Shown piece by piece: positions 18,349-28,040 of a stretch of DNA of 56,002 bases. The stretch's first letter is position 1, and every line of letters starts with the position of its first letter. Source of the stretch: an uncultured archaeon (GTDB lineage Archaea; Nanohalarchaeota; Nanosalinia; Nanosalinales; Nanosalinaceae); the NCBI GenBank assembly GCA_964421955.1, contig CAYQYU010000006.1, positions 8,382 to 64,383 of the forward strand, written 5' to 3'. The notes under the pieces were generated by a model. It had not been told where the DNA came from and did not search any database. It was given only the letters and a program-made list of their open reading frames with translations. Position numbers and translations under genes: made by a program.

Positions 18349-18795
18349 ATGAGGGAAGAGGAGCTTCCGGAAACAGAGGAGGAATGGCGCGAAAAACTTT
18401 CCAGGAAAAGGTACCGCATCATGCGCAAGAAAGGAACTGAACCGCGCGGAACGGGAGAGTTTATTGACAAGGAGGATAATGGAATCTACGTCTGCGGGGC
18501 GTGCGGACAGGAACTTTTCGACTCAGAAACCAAGTTCCCGAGCAGCGGGTGGCCAAGTTTCTACGACGCTATCGAGGGCTCGGTCGAGTTCAAACCCGAT
18601 AGTAGCCACGGAATGCAACGCACCGAGGTCATTTGTTCCCGGTGCGAATCTCATCTAGGCCATGTATTCGATGACTCGATGAAATCAGTGGATTTAACTC
18701 GATCAACCGGAACTTCTAGTGCCGGGAGCGGTCCGGATCCCGCCGGTAAACGGTTCTGCATTAACTCAGCCTCTCTAGATTTTGAGGGAGAATAG
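18349..18795 (+). CDS. msrB: Methionine-R-sulfoxide reductase MsrB with an 18-aa internal insertion
   Basis: GTE, CGACG, GWPSF, RTEV-C-x-x-C, HLGHVF, RFCINS. Confidence 0.95.
   Translation: MREEELPETEEEWREKLSRKRYRIMRKKGTEPRGTGEFIDKEDNGIYVCGACGQELFDSETKFPSSGWPSFYDAIEGSVEFKPDSSHGMQRTEVICSRCESHLGHVFDDSMKSVDLTRSTGTSSAGSGPDPAGKRFCINSASLDFEGE
18676..18729 (+). repeat. 54-bp in-frame double-hairpin insertion in msrB
   Basis: Interrupts conserved HVFDD|GP; contains TCGA-TGAAATC-AGTG-GATTTA-AC-TCGA and CCGG-A-ACT-TCT-AGT-G-CCGG. Confidence 0.7.
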
Positions 18796-18857
18796 CCGGG
18801 TATTTCCGGGCTAGAGTAATGCTTACTCATTTATTGACGCTCACGAAAACTCTTATC

Positions 18858-20024
18858 ATGTCGTCCGGCTCCAGGGCTTTTGAGGCCAGCAGAAAAGGAG
18901 TTACCCCTGTGGTGGCCATGGTGGTTATACTGGTGATAGCCGTGGCTGCTGTATCAATTGTCTGGGGCACAGCGAGCGGTTTTCTTGAGAGGGGAAACCA
19001 GGCGTCTTTCGATCTCGCAAACAGCCTGGGTGACGTTCATGTCACGGGATGCTGGGTCGACAGGGACAGAACATACCTCAGGATGAGCAACAAGGGTGAG
19101 AAGGCTGTCAACGCCTCTGCTATCGACCTGAGCGTGAAGGGGCTTACCTTTGACCCCGTATTTCAGCCGTACACAAATGTCTCGACCTCAATCGTTGAAC
19201 CGCGTGACTCTTTCCGGCTTATGATACCAGAGAAGATCAGCGAGGAGCTCGATATACAGCTATACCTCGGCAAACAAAGGAAGACGGTCCACTGCAGATA
19301 CCTGGACGAGGTGTCGTGTAGACCTGAAGAGGCGATGGTGGGATACTGGACCCTGAACTCGAAGCACACTCTCGGCGCCACTTCCGTCGATCTCACCGAG
19401 GTACAGGACAACGGTGATATACAGGGTGCGAAGGTCGTGAAAGGGTTCATAGGACAGGCCTACGAGTTCGATGGATCGAACGACAGAGTGAAGATAGACA
19501 ACTTTCCCTCTGATGCCACAGGCAACGTGACTATCTCCATGTGGTTCAACCGCACGGATGTACCTTTCGCGGACGACGAGGCCCTGATCGCGCTCGACGG
19601 CAATGTTAACAACGCTCCCGGCGTTGAAATCTACCTTGAGGATGGTCTCAGTGGCACGCCTCACGGAGGACTGAAGGCCACCAACAACATGGGTGAGGAA
19701 CTGGTAACTGACACATACCAGCTCGATGATGGAGAATGGCATCATGTCGCACTAGTGATCAACGGCGACAGCTTCGCAAATGCTAACCTCTGGGTCGACG
19801 GAGAGAACGAGACTCTCTGGAGAACCGCGGAACCCATAGATATCGACTCGGACACCTCCTATCTGGGATACAGCTATATTGCGAATGAAGATCGATGGTT
19901 CACGGGCAGGATCGACCAGGTCAGGATATACAACCGTTCTCTGAAGAACTGGGAGGTAAGGAACCTCTACTTCCACCGGGACAAGGAGTTCCAGGACGCG
20001 GCATGTTCGCTCGAGCCAAACTAG
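18858..20024 (+). CDS. Type IV pilin-like protein with C-terminal LamG/ConA-like domain
   Basis: RKG|VTPVVAMVVILVIAV class III signal peptide; GYW, FDG, TISMWF, WHHVALV, FTGRIDQVRIYNRSL. Confidence 0.85.
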   Translation: MSSGSRAFEASRKGVTPVVAMVVILVIAVAAVSIVWGTASGFLERGNQASFDLANSLGDVHVTGCWVDRDRTYLRMSNKGEKAVNASAIDLSVKGLTFDPVFQPYTNVSTSIVEPRDSFRLMIPEKISEELDIQLYLGKQRKTVHCRYLDEVSCRPEEAMVGYWTLNSKHTLGATSVDLTEVQDNGDIQGAKVVKGFIGQAYEFDGSNDRVKIDNFPSDATGNVTISMWFNRTDVPFADDEALIALDGNVNNAPGVEIYLEDGLSGTPHGGLKATNNMGEELVTDTYQLDDGEWHHVALVINGDSFANANLWVDGENETLWRTAEPIDIDSDTSYLGYSYIANEDRWFTGRIDQVRIYNRSLKNWEVRNLYFHRDKEFQDAACSLEPN

Positions 20025-20074
20025 CCGGGCTGGAAGTATCAATTCTTTTAGCTCTTCACCCGCAACTTCAATCC

Positions 20075-21421
20075 ATGGGGGAAGACGGGGGCAAACCGCA
20101 GGACTGGAAGATAAGGCAGTACTACGAGCAGGAAGAGCTTGTCGAGCGCGTGGTTTCGGTTTCTGAATACAGGGAGGTTGCACCGACCTATCCTAACGGC
20201 TACGGCAGGCGGCCTGACGCGATCAACTTCCCAGGAGACTTCCTCGACCTTGTAGAGAACGGTGCAGTGGCCTTCCACGCGTCTGTGGAGCGGTGGAGGA
20301 ACCCTCTGCTCATCGATAACGTGAGCGATCTCAACGATTTGAGAGAAAGCTGGGACCTCGTGATCGATATCGACTGCGACTATTCCTTCGAACTTTCAAA
20401 GGAAACCGCGAAACTCGTCATACAGGAGCTGCGGGAGCACGGCATAGAGAACATATCAGTCAAGTTCTCCGGCAATAGGGGTTTCCACATCGGTGTCCGC
20501 GGCGAGGCGTTTCCCGAGCGCGTGAACGACCGCGACCTTTCAGAACTCTACCCGAGACTGCCCCGTGGAATAATAGAGTACATGCGCGAGAACCTTGAGG
20601 AGGAGATGGTACAGAAAGTCAGGGAATACGATCTGGAGGAAGAGATGGAGGAGGGTGACCCCTACACTGTCTCCGACATCGAGAACGACTGGGGCCAGCG
20701 ACACCTCTTCCGCGTGCCTTACTCGTTACATGATGGAAGCTGGCTTGTATCCCTCCCGATCGCACCAGATGAAATCCAGGGCTTCAAGAAGGAAGATGCG
20801 GAGATCGACAACGTTTCGTTCGGCCAGACATTCCTCGAGGAGTACGAGCAAAACGAAGCCGCGAACCTGGTGGTCCAGGCCATGGACTTCATCAGTCAGG
20901 AGGAGCGTGAAAAGGCGGAGGAGCGGGAAAAACGGAAGAACCGGGACTTTGAGCGGCCCGACGATGCGATACCGCAGGAGTACTTCCCGCCGACAATCCA
21001 CAACATTCTCGAGGGTCTGGAGGACGGAAGGAAGCGGGCGCTTTTCATCCTCATCAACTTTTTCAGGACCGTTGGCTACTCCTGGCCGGAAATCGAGTCA
21101 AAGATATGGGAGTGGAACGACAGGAACGCGGAACCTCTGCGAGAGGCGTACGTAAAGTCCCAGCTGAGCTGGCATAAAAAACGCGGCGAGGATGTCCCTC
21201 CGCCTAACTACGATGCGAAGGGCTACTACAGGGACATGAAAGTGTACGAGGGCGATAACCTGGAGGAAAAAGTCCCCAACCCCGTCAGTTACGCGTTCAG
21301 GAAGGCGAAGAAACGTGATGACAGCGGCGAAGACGAAGAAACCATGGAGTGCCCGTACTGCGGCAAAGAGTACAAGATGGAGAGTTACTACAAGAAACAC
21401 GTCCAGGAATGTTTTGAGTAG
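20075..21421 (+). CDS. Fused PriS-PriL(-like) DNA primase with C-terminal zinc finger
   Basis: WDLVIDID, KFSGNRGFHI, RVPYSLH; then FPPTI..ILEGLEDGRKR..PPNY; CPYC...H...C tail. Confidence 0.92.
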   Translation: MGEDGGKPQDWKIRQYYEQEELVERVVSVSEYREVAPTYPNGYGRRPDAINFPGDFLDLVENGAVAFHASVERWRNPLLIDNVSDLNDLRESWDLVIDIDCDYSFELSKETAKLVIQELREHGIENISVKFSGNRGFHIGVRGEAFPERVNDRDLSELYPRLPRGIIEYMRENLEEEMVQKVREYDLEEEMEEGDPYTVSDIENDWGQRHLFRVPYSLHDGSWLVSLPIAPDEIQGFKKEDAEIDNVSFGQTFLEEYEQNEAANLVVQAMDFISQEEREKAEEREKRKNRDFERPDDAIPQEYFPPTIHNILEGLEDGRKRALFILINFFRTVGYSWPEIESKIWEWNDRNAEPLREAYVKSQLSWHKKRGEDVPPPNYDAKGYYRDMKVYEGDNLEEKVPNPVSYAFRKAKKRDDSGEDEETMECPYCGKEYKMESYYKKHVQECFE

Positions 21422-21466
21422 AAGTTAATCGACCCTGATAAAAATCTTGTAGCTCTACCTTTTCTT

Positions 21467-22063
21467 ATGACGGATGAGGCCCTGACGTTCTCCGAGCTTA
21501 GGAAGATCCAGAAGCAGGAGTCGCGTCAGGAAGAGCTTTCAGAGCTGGACGACAGCTTTCTAATCCGGGTCTCCGACTACATCAACACGAAGAAAGAGGT
21601 TGAAGGCGAATCCCGGGAGTACAGGAACGCGAAGAGGGTGTTTGAAAAAATTGTGAGCCTCAGGGAGGACAAGATTGTGAAGAATGCCCGCCTGGCCGTA
21701 AAGTCTGAGGTGGAAGGTTCCGAGCTGAATCTCTTGCCGGAGGAACAGAAGCTCTTCCGGAACGCCAGGAAACTTTTCCAGGAGTACAGGAGCATCATAG
21801 ACGAGAAGATCGACAACGGTTTCCACTCCCGTGTGGATGCTGAAGAAGTGGAGGAGGAAAAAGTCGAAGAGGAGCCTGAGGAGGATGGATCCGGGAGCGA
21901 AGAGGAGGACTACAGTCTGCTTAAAATTACTTCCAGCGTACCCGAGTTCATGGGCACCGACCTTGAAACATACGGGCCTTTCGAAGAAGGTGAAAAAGTC
22001 GAGCTTCCTGAAGAAAACGCAGAGATACTTGTGAACCGCGGAAGCGCGGAGAAGGTGGAATAG
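21467..22063 (+). CDS. GINS subunit (Gins15/51 type)
   Basis: LSELDDSF, REDKIV, VPEFMGTDLETYGPFEEG, LPEENAEILV; follows primase. Confidence 0.9.
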   Translation: MTDEALTFSELRKIQKQESRQEELSELDDSFLIRVSDYINTKKEVEGESREYRNAKRVFEKIVSLREDKIVKNARLAVKSEVEGSELNLLPEEQKLFRNARKLFQEYRSIIDEKIDNGFHSRVDAEEVEEEKVEEEPEEDGSGSEEEDYSLLKITSSVPEFMGTDLETYGPFEEGEKVELPEENAEILVNRGSAEKVE

Positions 22064-22068
22064 ATAAT

Positions 22069-22710
22069 ATGGTTGATACAGTTTACGCGATAGGAGGCTC
22101 GGTGGTAAACCAGAACTTTGACCGGCTGGACGAGCTGGCGGATGCGCTGGAAAAGGACGAACAGGTCGCTGTAGTTGTCGGCGCAGGACACCTGAAAAAG
22201 CACCAGGAAGTGGTGAGGGAAAACACTACAAAGGCGGAAACCGATCTCGTGGGTATCGCCGCCACCAGGTTGAACGCGAAGACCCTCGAGGCGCTGATGG
22301 AAGACGCCTACCCTGGCATTCCCGAGACGGTTGAGGAGGTCCGGAAAGCTGCGGCCTCGGGAAAAAGTGTTGTCATGGGAGGCCTAAATCCTGGTTTCTC
22401 GACGGATGCTGTCGCGGCGGTTGTCGCGGAAGTTTTCGGCGCGGACCTCTACATTATTACGGACGTGGACGGCATCTACACCGGCGATCCGGGAACTGAT
22501 AGCGAGGCAGAGAAGCTCGAAGAGATTGAGGTCGACCGACTTCTCCGGATGACCGAGGGAAAGAGCGAGCCGGGAACCTACGCGATAGTCGACGAGACCG
22601 CGGTCAACATAATCGGCCGCTCGGGTATCAAGACGAGGGTTTTCGAGGGAACTGTCGAGAATGTTGAAGACCCGGAAGAAGCTCGGGGAACAGAGATAGT
22701 CGTGGACTGA
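22069..22710 (+). CDS. pyrH: UMP kinase
   Basis: GGSV, VVVGAG, GIAATRLNA, MGG-x-x-PGFSTDAVA, TDVDGIY. Confidence 0.9.
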   Translation: MVDTVYAIGGSVVNQNFDRLDELADALEKDEQVAVVVGAGHLKKHQEVVRENTTKAETDLVGIAATRLNAKTLEALMEDAYPGIPETVEEVRKAAASGKSVVMGGLNPGFSTDAVAAVVAEVFGADLYIITDVDGIYTGDPGTDSEAEKLEEIEVDRLLRMTEGKSEPGTYAIVDETAVNIIGRSGIKTRVFEGTVENVEDPEEARGTEIVVD

Positions 22711-22753
22711 AACCTACTCAGTACTTTTAAAGTTTGTTTTCCCGGGTAGAACT

Positions 22754-23056
22754 ATGGTCAAGATTCCAAAAGAACAGAGGCGTTACTGTCCCAACTGTGA
22801 CACGCATACGGAACAGACGATCAAGGAAGTCACGAACAGGAAGGACTCGCCTTTCAGGAAAAAGTTCAGGAAGAGGCAGCGGAAGATCGACAAGGGATAC
22901 GGATCGTTCCCCTACGAGAACCCGGCTATCAGGTCCCGTGGAAGGAAAAATCCTACTTCCGAGAAGAAGGATCTGCAGTTCACGTGCAAGGAATGCGGCA
23001 AGTCATGGAAACCTTCTGAACCGATAAGAGCTGCAAAGCTGGAGATCGAGAGGTGA
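22754..23056 (+). CDS. rpl44e: 50S ribosomal protein L44e
   Basis: [19 protein letters not shown]. Confidence 0.93.
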   Translation: MVKIPKEQRRYCPNCDTHTEQTIKEVTNRKDSPFRKKFRKRQRKIDKGYGSFPYENPAIRSRGRKNPTSEKKDLQFTCKECGKSWKPSEPIRAAKLEIER

Positions 23057-23238
23057 CCAAGCAGATGGCGCGTAATTTCTTGAGAGTCGAGTGTCCTGAA
23101 TGCGGCAACGAGCAGAATATTTTCTCTCATGCGTCCACAGAGGTAGAATGCCTGGTTTGCGGCGAAGTTCTCGCAAGACCTTCCGGCGGTGTCGCTGAAC
23201 TTGAAGTTGATGCCGCGGAAGAACTGAGCCCGGAATAG
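23053..23238 (+). CDS. rps27e: 30S ribosomal protein S27e
   Basis: [22 protein letters not shown]. Confidence 0.95.
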   Translation: MTKQMARNFLRVECPECGNEQNIFSHASTEVECLVCGEVLARPSGGVAELEVDAAEELSPE

Positions 23239-23269
23239 ATTTTTAGACTTTCTACACCTTTTTTTACTT

Positions 23270-23821
23270 ATGGATCAAGCCGCCGAATATATTGAAAGGC
23301 TGAAAGATACCCGGCTATATCGTTTCATTATAGTTGCGGCGCTTATTGGTGTCGCCGCGTACTTCTTCACGGGCTACGTCATAACCGGCATTCTTGTTAT
23401 AGGAGTAGGAGTGGTATCCTGGACAGTCAACAGGCTCGGAATGAAGCAGGTGGGGGTGGAGCTCGCGACTCTTTCAACCGTAGTCATAGGCGTTGCCTAC
23501 GGGCCGATACCCGGCTCCCTCATGGGACTCGCCCTCATAATGCTCCAGATGACCGCGGGACAGTACACCGGGAGCTACATCGTCTGGGTCATACCCGCGT
23601 ACCCGGTCGCAGGTTTCATAGCCGGTACCTTCAACGGCGTCGGGATATTCGTTCTTGGAGCCGGCCTGACAGCCGGCATGCAGGCACTTTTCGCGGTAAT
23701 GACTGCGGTAACCGTGGCAGGAAACTTTCCCCGCTACTTTCCGTATGCCGCGACCAATGTCGTATTCAACCTGACGATGTTCATGTATGTCGCGCCTGTC
23801 ATTCTCCCTCTGATGACCTGA
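23270..23821 (+). CDS. Membrane protein, ECF S-component-like; paralog of 44084-44665
   Basis: ~6 TM; GVELAT..G..YGP..G..MG motif. Confidence 0.6.
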   Translation: MDQAAEYIERLKDTRLYRFIIVAALIGVAAYFFTGYVITGILVIGVGVVSWTVNRLGMKQVGVELATLSTVVIGVAYGPIPGSLMGLALIMLQMTAGQYTGSYIVWVIPAYPVAGFIAGTFNGVGIFVLGAGLTAGMQALFAVMTAVTVAGNFPRYFPYAATNVVFNLTMFMYVAPVILPLMT

Positions 23822-23855
23822 ACCGCTTATAAAACTCGATGTTTGTTTTCCCGAT

Positions 23856-24611
23856 ATGCGCTGGTATAAAGAACGGCCAGAGGAAGGAGACCTCGTCGTC
23901 GTAACCATAACCGATGTCGACAAGAACTCCGCTTACGCGGAACTCGACGAGTACGAGGACGTCAAAGGACTTATCCACATCTCTGAAGTCTCACGCTCAT
24001 GGGTCCAGGACGTCTCGAAAGAGCTTGGTGAAGGAGAGAAGACTGTGGCCCAGGTAGTTGAGGCAGACGATGATCCTGTAGACCTCTCTCTGAAGAGAGT
24101 CAACGAGAAGCAGAAGAAGGATGCGATGGGTCGCTGGAACCGCGAGCAGAAGGCCGACAAGTTTGTCGAGGCGCTCGCGGAAAAACTTGGAGAGGACCAA
24201 GAAGACCTTTATGAAGACGCTGTCTTCCCGATGCAGCGCGAGTTCGGCTCGTCCTTCAAGGGATTCGAGATCGCGGTAGGAGAAGAAGAGAGGCTAAAAG
24301 AAATGTTTGAAGAAGACGTGGTCGAGGCTATACAGGAGGTTTCTAGCGAAAATATAGACCTGAAGCAGGAGAAGCTTGAGGGCGAGATCGAGATCGAGTT
24401 CAACCAGGGCGATGGTATTGAAAGGATCAGGGACGTACTTGAAGACATGGAAGACGCTATCGAGGTAAAATACATATCCGCGCCCAAGTACAGCATAACT
24501 GCCTGGGGCCGGAACTCCCGGCTCGCTAAGAAGAGAATGGACGAGGCGGTTGAAACTATAAGGGAACGGGTGTCGGAACAGGACGGAGAGTTCGACTTCG
24601 CCAGGGCGTAG
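23856..24611 (+). CDS. eif2a: Translation initiation factor aIF2 alpha
   Basis: PEEGDLVV, LDEY, IHISEVS, DLSLKRV, YISAPKY. Confidence 0.95.
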   Translation: MRWYKERPEEGDLVVVTITDVDKNSAYAELDEYEDVKGLIHISEVSRSWVQDVSKELGEGEKTVAQVVEADDDPVDLSLKRVNEKQKKDAMGRWNREQKADKFVEALAEKLGEDQEDLYEDAVFPMQREFGSSFKGFEIAVGEEERLKEMFEEDVVEAIQEVSSENIDLKQEKLEGEIEIEFNQGDGIERIRDVLEDMEDAIEVKYISAPKYSITAWGRNSRLAKKRMDEAVETIRERVSEQDGEFDFARA

Positions 24612-24764
24612 GTGAGACCGGTGATTAAAAAGTGTCCGGAATGTAACTCTTACACGTTGAAGGACCATCATTGCGTCGAGACAGAGGAGGCACGGCCTCC
24701 GAAGTTCTCGTTCCCCGACAGGTACGGTAAATACCGGCGCAGGACAAAGAAAGATTCAAGGTGA
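24612..24764 (+). CDS. nop10: H/ACA RNP protein Nop10 (not in ORF track)
   Basis: KCPECNSYTLK...PPKFSFPDRYGKYRR; sits between eif2a and PAC2. Confidence 0.92.
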   Translation: MRPVIKKCPECNSYTLKDHHCVETEEARPPKFSFPDRYGKYRRRTKKDSR

Positions 24765-24821
24765 AACAATGCGAAGATCAAAAACCTTCAGCATAGACAT
24801 AACACAAAGGTGTTAGGACTA

Positions 24822-25586
24822 ATGGGAAAGACCGAGATAGAACTTGAAAGAGAACCCGAAGCTGAAAACCCGGTGTTTATCGAAGGACTTGCAGGAATCG
24901 GCCACATAGGCAAGACCTGCGTGAGCTATCTCGCGGACCACCTGGACGCGGAGAAGATTGGAGAACTCTACTCCCACCACTTCCCTCCATACACAATAGT
25001 TAACGACGACAAGACCGTCGACCTACTGAAAAACAATATCTACGAGCTGACACGCGACGACGGCCGCGACCTTCTAATAATTGAAGGTAACGCCCAGGCG
25101 CAGACGCCTGAAGGCCACTTCGATGTCGCGGAGAAGATACTCGAACTTGTCGATGACTCGGGAGCATCGGAACTCATCACGATCGGCGGCTACGGAACTG
25201 GCGACGTTGTAGAAGACCCTGACGTATTCGGAGCTGTGAGTTCCGGCGAGGTCAAGGAAAAATACTCTGACAACGGCATAGTTTTCGACCATGATGTCGG
25301 CCAGATAGTCGGCGCCTCTGGCCTACTGATCGGGCTGGGGGAGGAGAGAGGATACGATGGGATATGCCTCCTGGGCGAGACGCCGGGCTTTCTCCTGAGC
25401 GATCCAAAGGCAACCGAGGCTGTACTCCACGTTGTCGAAGACATTCTTGACCTGGAGCTTGACTACGCCGAACTCGACAAGAAGGTCGAGGAATCCCAGG
25501 AAGTACTTAAAAAGCTTCAGAATCTTCAGCAACAACAGGGCCAGGACCAGGACCAGAGCCAGCAGGACCTCGGCTACATAGGTTAA
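24822..25586 (+). CDS. Proteasome assembly chaperone (PAC2 family)
   Basis: EGLAGIGHIGK, ITIGGY, IVGASGLL, CLLGET, DPKA, C-terminal YIG. Confidence 0.92.
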   Translation: MGKTEIELEREPEAENPVFIEGLAGIGHIGKTCVSYLADHLDAEKIGELYSHHFPPYTIVNDDKTVDLLKNNIYELTRDDGRDLLIIEGNAQAQTPEGHFDVAEKILELVDDSGASELITIGGYGTGDVVEDPDVFGAVSSGEVKEKYSDNGIVFDHDVGQIVGASGLLIGLGEERGYDGICLLGETPGFLLSDPKATEAVLHVVEDILDLELDYAELDKKVEESQEVLKKLQNLQQQQGQDQDQSQQDLGYIG

Positions 25587-25601
25587 AGAGGAAAACAATA
25601 C

Positions 25602-25766
25602 ATGACAGCTTACACGCGTTACGAGAGGGCACGGATTATCGGCGCTCGATCACTTCAGATCGCGATGGGAGCCCCGACTTTTGTGGATGTAGAAAGCAAC
25701 GACCCGCGGGAGATAGCGAAAAGGGAGCTTGAGGAAGAAAAACTACCCATCACGGTCGCCAACTAG
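25602..25766 (+). CDS. rpoK: RNA polymerase subunit K (Rpo6; not in ORF track)
   Basis: TRYERARIIGARSLQIAMGAP...IAKRELEEEKLPITV. Confidence 0.95.
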   Translation: MTAYTRYERARIIGARSLQIAMGAPTFVDVESNDPREIAKRELEEEKLPITVAN

Positions 25767-25865
25767 TTTAACCTGTCATTTCCTTTACTTTTATTCTATT
25801 TAGAACTAAATAGGGCCTCTAGATTCTATGCGATAATTATTAATCGACCCCTACAAATTCTTTTC

Positions 25866-26624
25866 ATGGTGGCCGAGGCAGACACTTATCCCGAACTGGT
25901 TGCATCAGATTCAGGTGCTTACTGGATGACACCTGCCAAGGTCAGGGCAGACGAGCTGGAGCATAAGATTGATGAATACACGGATTCTCCTGAACTCATA
26001 ATAGATGTCGGGACCGGGGATGCCTCTTTCTACATGGAGCTTTCTGAAAGGTTTGAATCAGGAGTTGTGGGTCTGGAGAAGTACAGAGGAGTTCTCGAGG
26101 ACCTGCACCGGTTCGAAGTGATTCAGGCTGACGGGACGGAGGCAATAAAAACGGGCTCGGTCGACTGTCTATGCTACATCAATTCTCTCCAGGCCATGGA
26201 AGATCCGGCAGGAGAGCTGAAATCTGCTTACAGAGTTCTAAAAGAGGGCGGTATGGCTCTGGTGACCGGTCCAACCGAGAAAAGCATCAAACTTTTCCCC
26301 GAACGGTCGATAGACTGGCAGACAGAGCCCCCGAGAATAGTCACCGAGATGAAGGATCTGGAGACATACTCACAGTATTTCTTTCCCGGGGACTGGCTTG
26401 AGAAAACAGCTCAAGATACAGGATTCAAACTGCTGGAGAGGTCAGAGATCGCTATCGATATCAGAGGTCTTCCACACCTCTACGACCATGTCAGGCCAGG
26501 ATACAGGCCGGAAACTGACGGGGCGCTCCTGGAGAATCTACGAGAAAGGCCTGAAGCAACGATGGAAAAACTGCTCGAAAACTCTGAGGCCCCCGAAGTT
26601 GGCCTGTGGGTGTTGCGAAAGTAA
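25866..26624 (+). CDS. Class I SAM-dependent methyltransferase
   Basis: IDVGTGD, GLE, ADG, RVLKEGG. Confidence 0.85.
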   Translation: MVAEADTYPELVASDSGAYWMTPAKVRADELEHKIDEYTDSPELIIDVGTGDASFYMELSERFESGVVGLEKYRGVLEDLHRFEVIQADGTEAIKTGSVDCLCYINSLQAMEDPAGELKSAYRVLKEGGMALVTGPTEKSIKLFPERSIDWQTEPPRIVTEMKDLETYSQYFFPGDWLEKTAQDTGFKLLERSEIAIDIRGLPHLYDHVRPGYRPETDGALLENLRERPEATMEKLLENSEAPEVGLWVLRK

Positions 26625-27163
26625 TGGTGCTGAGCGAGTTCATCAAGAACCTGGTGATGGCCAGGCAGCTCAAGTTTGAGGAGGGCCGTTTCGAGATGTT
26701 TGGAATAAGAGCGGTCATATTCGCCGAAAAGACTTTCTCTACCCTTATAGAGGAGCTTCACGAACGTCATGGTGAAGAAGTCTACGAGATAATGTACGAG
26801 ATGGGAAGAAAACAGGGCCACCAGGCCGTGGAAGAAGTCGCGAGGAAGTACGAGGCCGACAGGAGACAGCTCTTCCTCGAGCTGTATGAATCGGCCAACG
26901 CACAGGGTCTCGGGAAAATAGAGTACCAGGAGTTCGATCCCGAAGGTTTCATCAAGATAACCCTGGGCGACATCCCCTTTGCCGGTGATCTCAAAGACGA
27001 GCTCGAGGCCCCCGAGAGGCCCGCGGCGGAGTTCATGCGCGGCGTCTACCAGGGCATCGGAGAGGAAGTGTTCGGTCCGGAAACCGTCACCGAGATAACA
27101 GATCTAAACCCACAGAGAGCAATGATAGAGCTTTCGGAGGCCGAAAACGATGGACCAGATTAA
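26624..27163 (+). CDS. V4R-domain-like protein
   Basis: G-x-x-x-x-FG-x-R, YEMG..QG, GLGKI, EFMRG..G; stop/start coupling with the upstream gene. Confidence 0.7.
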   Translation: MVLSEFIKNLVMARQLKFEEGRFEMFGIRAVIFAEKTFSTLIEELHERHGEEVYEIMYEMGRKQGHQAVEEVARKYEADRRQLFLELYESANAQGLGKIEYQEFDPEGFIKITLGDIPFAGDLKDELEAPERPAAEFMRGVYQGIGEEVFGPETVTEITDLNPQRAMIELSEAENDGPD

Positions 27164-28040
27164 AGAGATACTCGAAAATGTTGCGGAGAACGACCTTGAA
27201 CCAGAGACACCCCTGGGAGAGGAAAAAGAGATCAACGAAGAGGTCCGGGAGCTTACTGAGACCATAGAAGGTCTTACAGGCGGGACAACGAGCGAGCCGA
27301 GTCCTGTGGTCTACACTCCCGGTGACTGGGACCGGGCGACAGAGTCAGCGGCGAAGTGCCTGAGGATAATGGGTGAGGGAGAAGGGGACGGCGTAATCAA
27401 CCTTGGAGCCCCGGAGCCTCATCTTTCCGCACTATCGTTCAGGGACGGGAGCGAGAGTATAGGCGCCGATGTCCTGAACCAGAGTTTTGAGGATTTCACG
27501 GAGCTGAACCAGAACTTTTACGATCTCTTGGAAAACGCCGGTGAAGCATCGGTTCTTATAGGTCTTCCAGCAGTCACCTACGCGCTTGGCCGCCAGTTTG
27601 AAGAAGAGACCGGAAAGTCGCCGGCTGAAGCATTCCCCGAACTGGAAAGAGGATTCTTCGGTGGCGAAGTTCTCGACGAGGCGATGAGAGAAGACCTCCG
27701 GGACCAGTGGGGCTTCGAGGAGACAGGGCTGGAAGAGTTCGCCTCCTATGTGTTCGGGTTCTTCTTGGATGGAGAATATTACGAAGTTAACGACTACCTT
27801 GCGGGCCGTATGGCTGAAAATCCCGGCCACAGTATGTACGTCGATTTTTACCTTCCACAGGACGAGAACTTCAACAGCCAGGCTTTCCTTGATGCGCTCT
27901 ACGAGAACTCTCCCGCATTCAGGGAAGTGGAGGGCCGTCTGGGGGTGGTCCAGGAAGTGAATATCAGGGATCTGGAGGACTATCCTACTGAGAAAGAAGG
28001 TCTGAAGGCGCAGAGAGTGAAGGACAATACCGGTATGTAG
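27150..28040 (+). CDS. Phenylacetate-CoA ligase/AMP-binding-like protein with apparent internal deletion
   Basis: TGGTT-x-x-P, YT-x-x-DW, GGE-x-L, C-terminal K-x-x-RV-x-D; YG-x-x-E and RY-x-x-GD segments not found. Confidence 0.6.
   Translation: MDQIKEILENVAENDLEPETPLGEEKEINEEVRELTETIEGLTGGTTSEPSPVVYTPGDWDRATESAAKCLRIMGEGEGDGVINLGAPEPHLSALSFRDGSESIGADVLNQSFEDFTELNQNFYDLLENAGEASVLIGLPAVTYALGRQFEEETGKSPAEAFPELERGFFGGEVLDEAMREDLRDQWGFEETGLEEFASYVFGFFLDGEYYEVNDYLAGRMAENPGHSMYVDFYLPQDENFNSQAFLDALYENSPAFREVEGRLGVVQEVNIRDLEDYPTEKEGLKAQRVKDNTGM

Noticed and set aside
18670-18735. msrB insertion as a BHB-type mRNA intron
   Set aside because: No 4-bp helix with two 3-nt bulges could be built whose cut sites restore DD|GP, and the insert preserves frame anyway
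19895-20074. Upstream extension of the primase ORF
   Set aside because: Overlaps the LamG gene 3' end; ATG 20075 fits better
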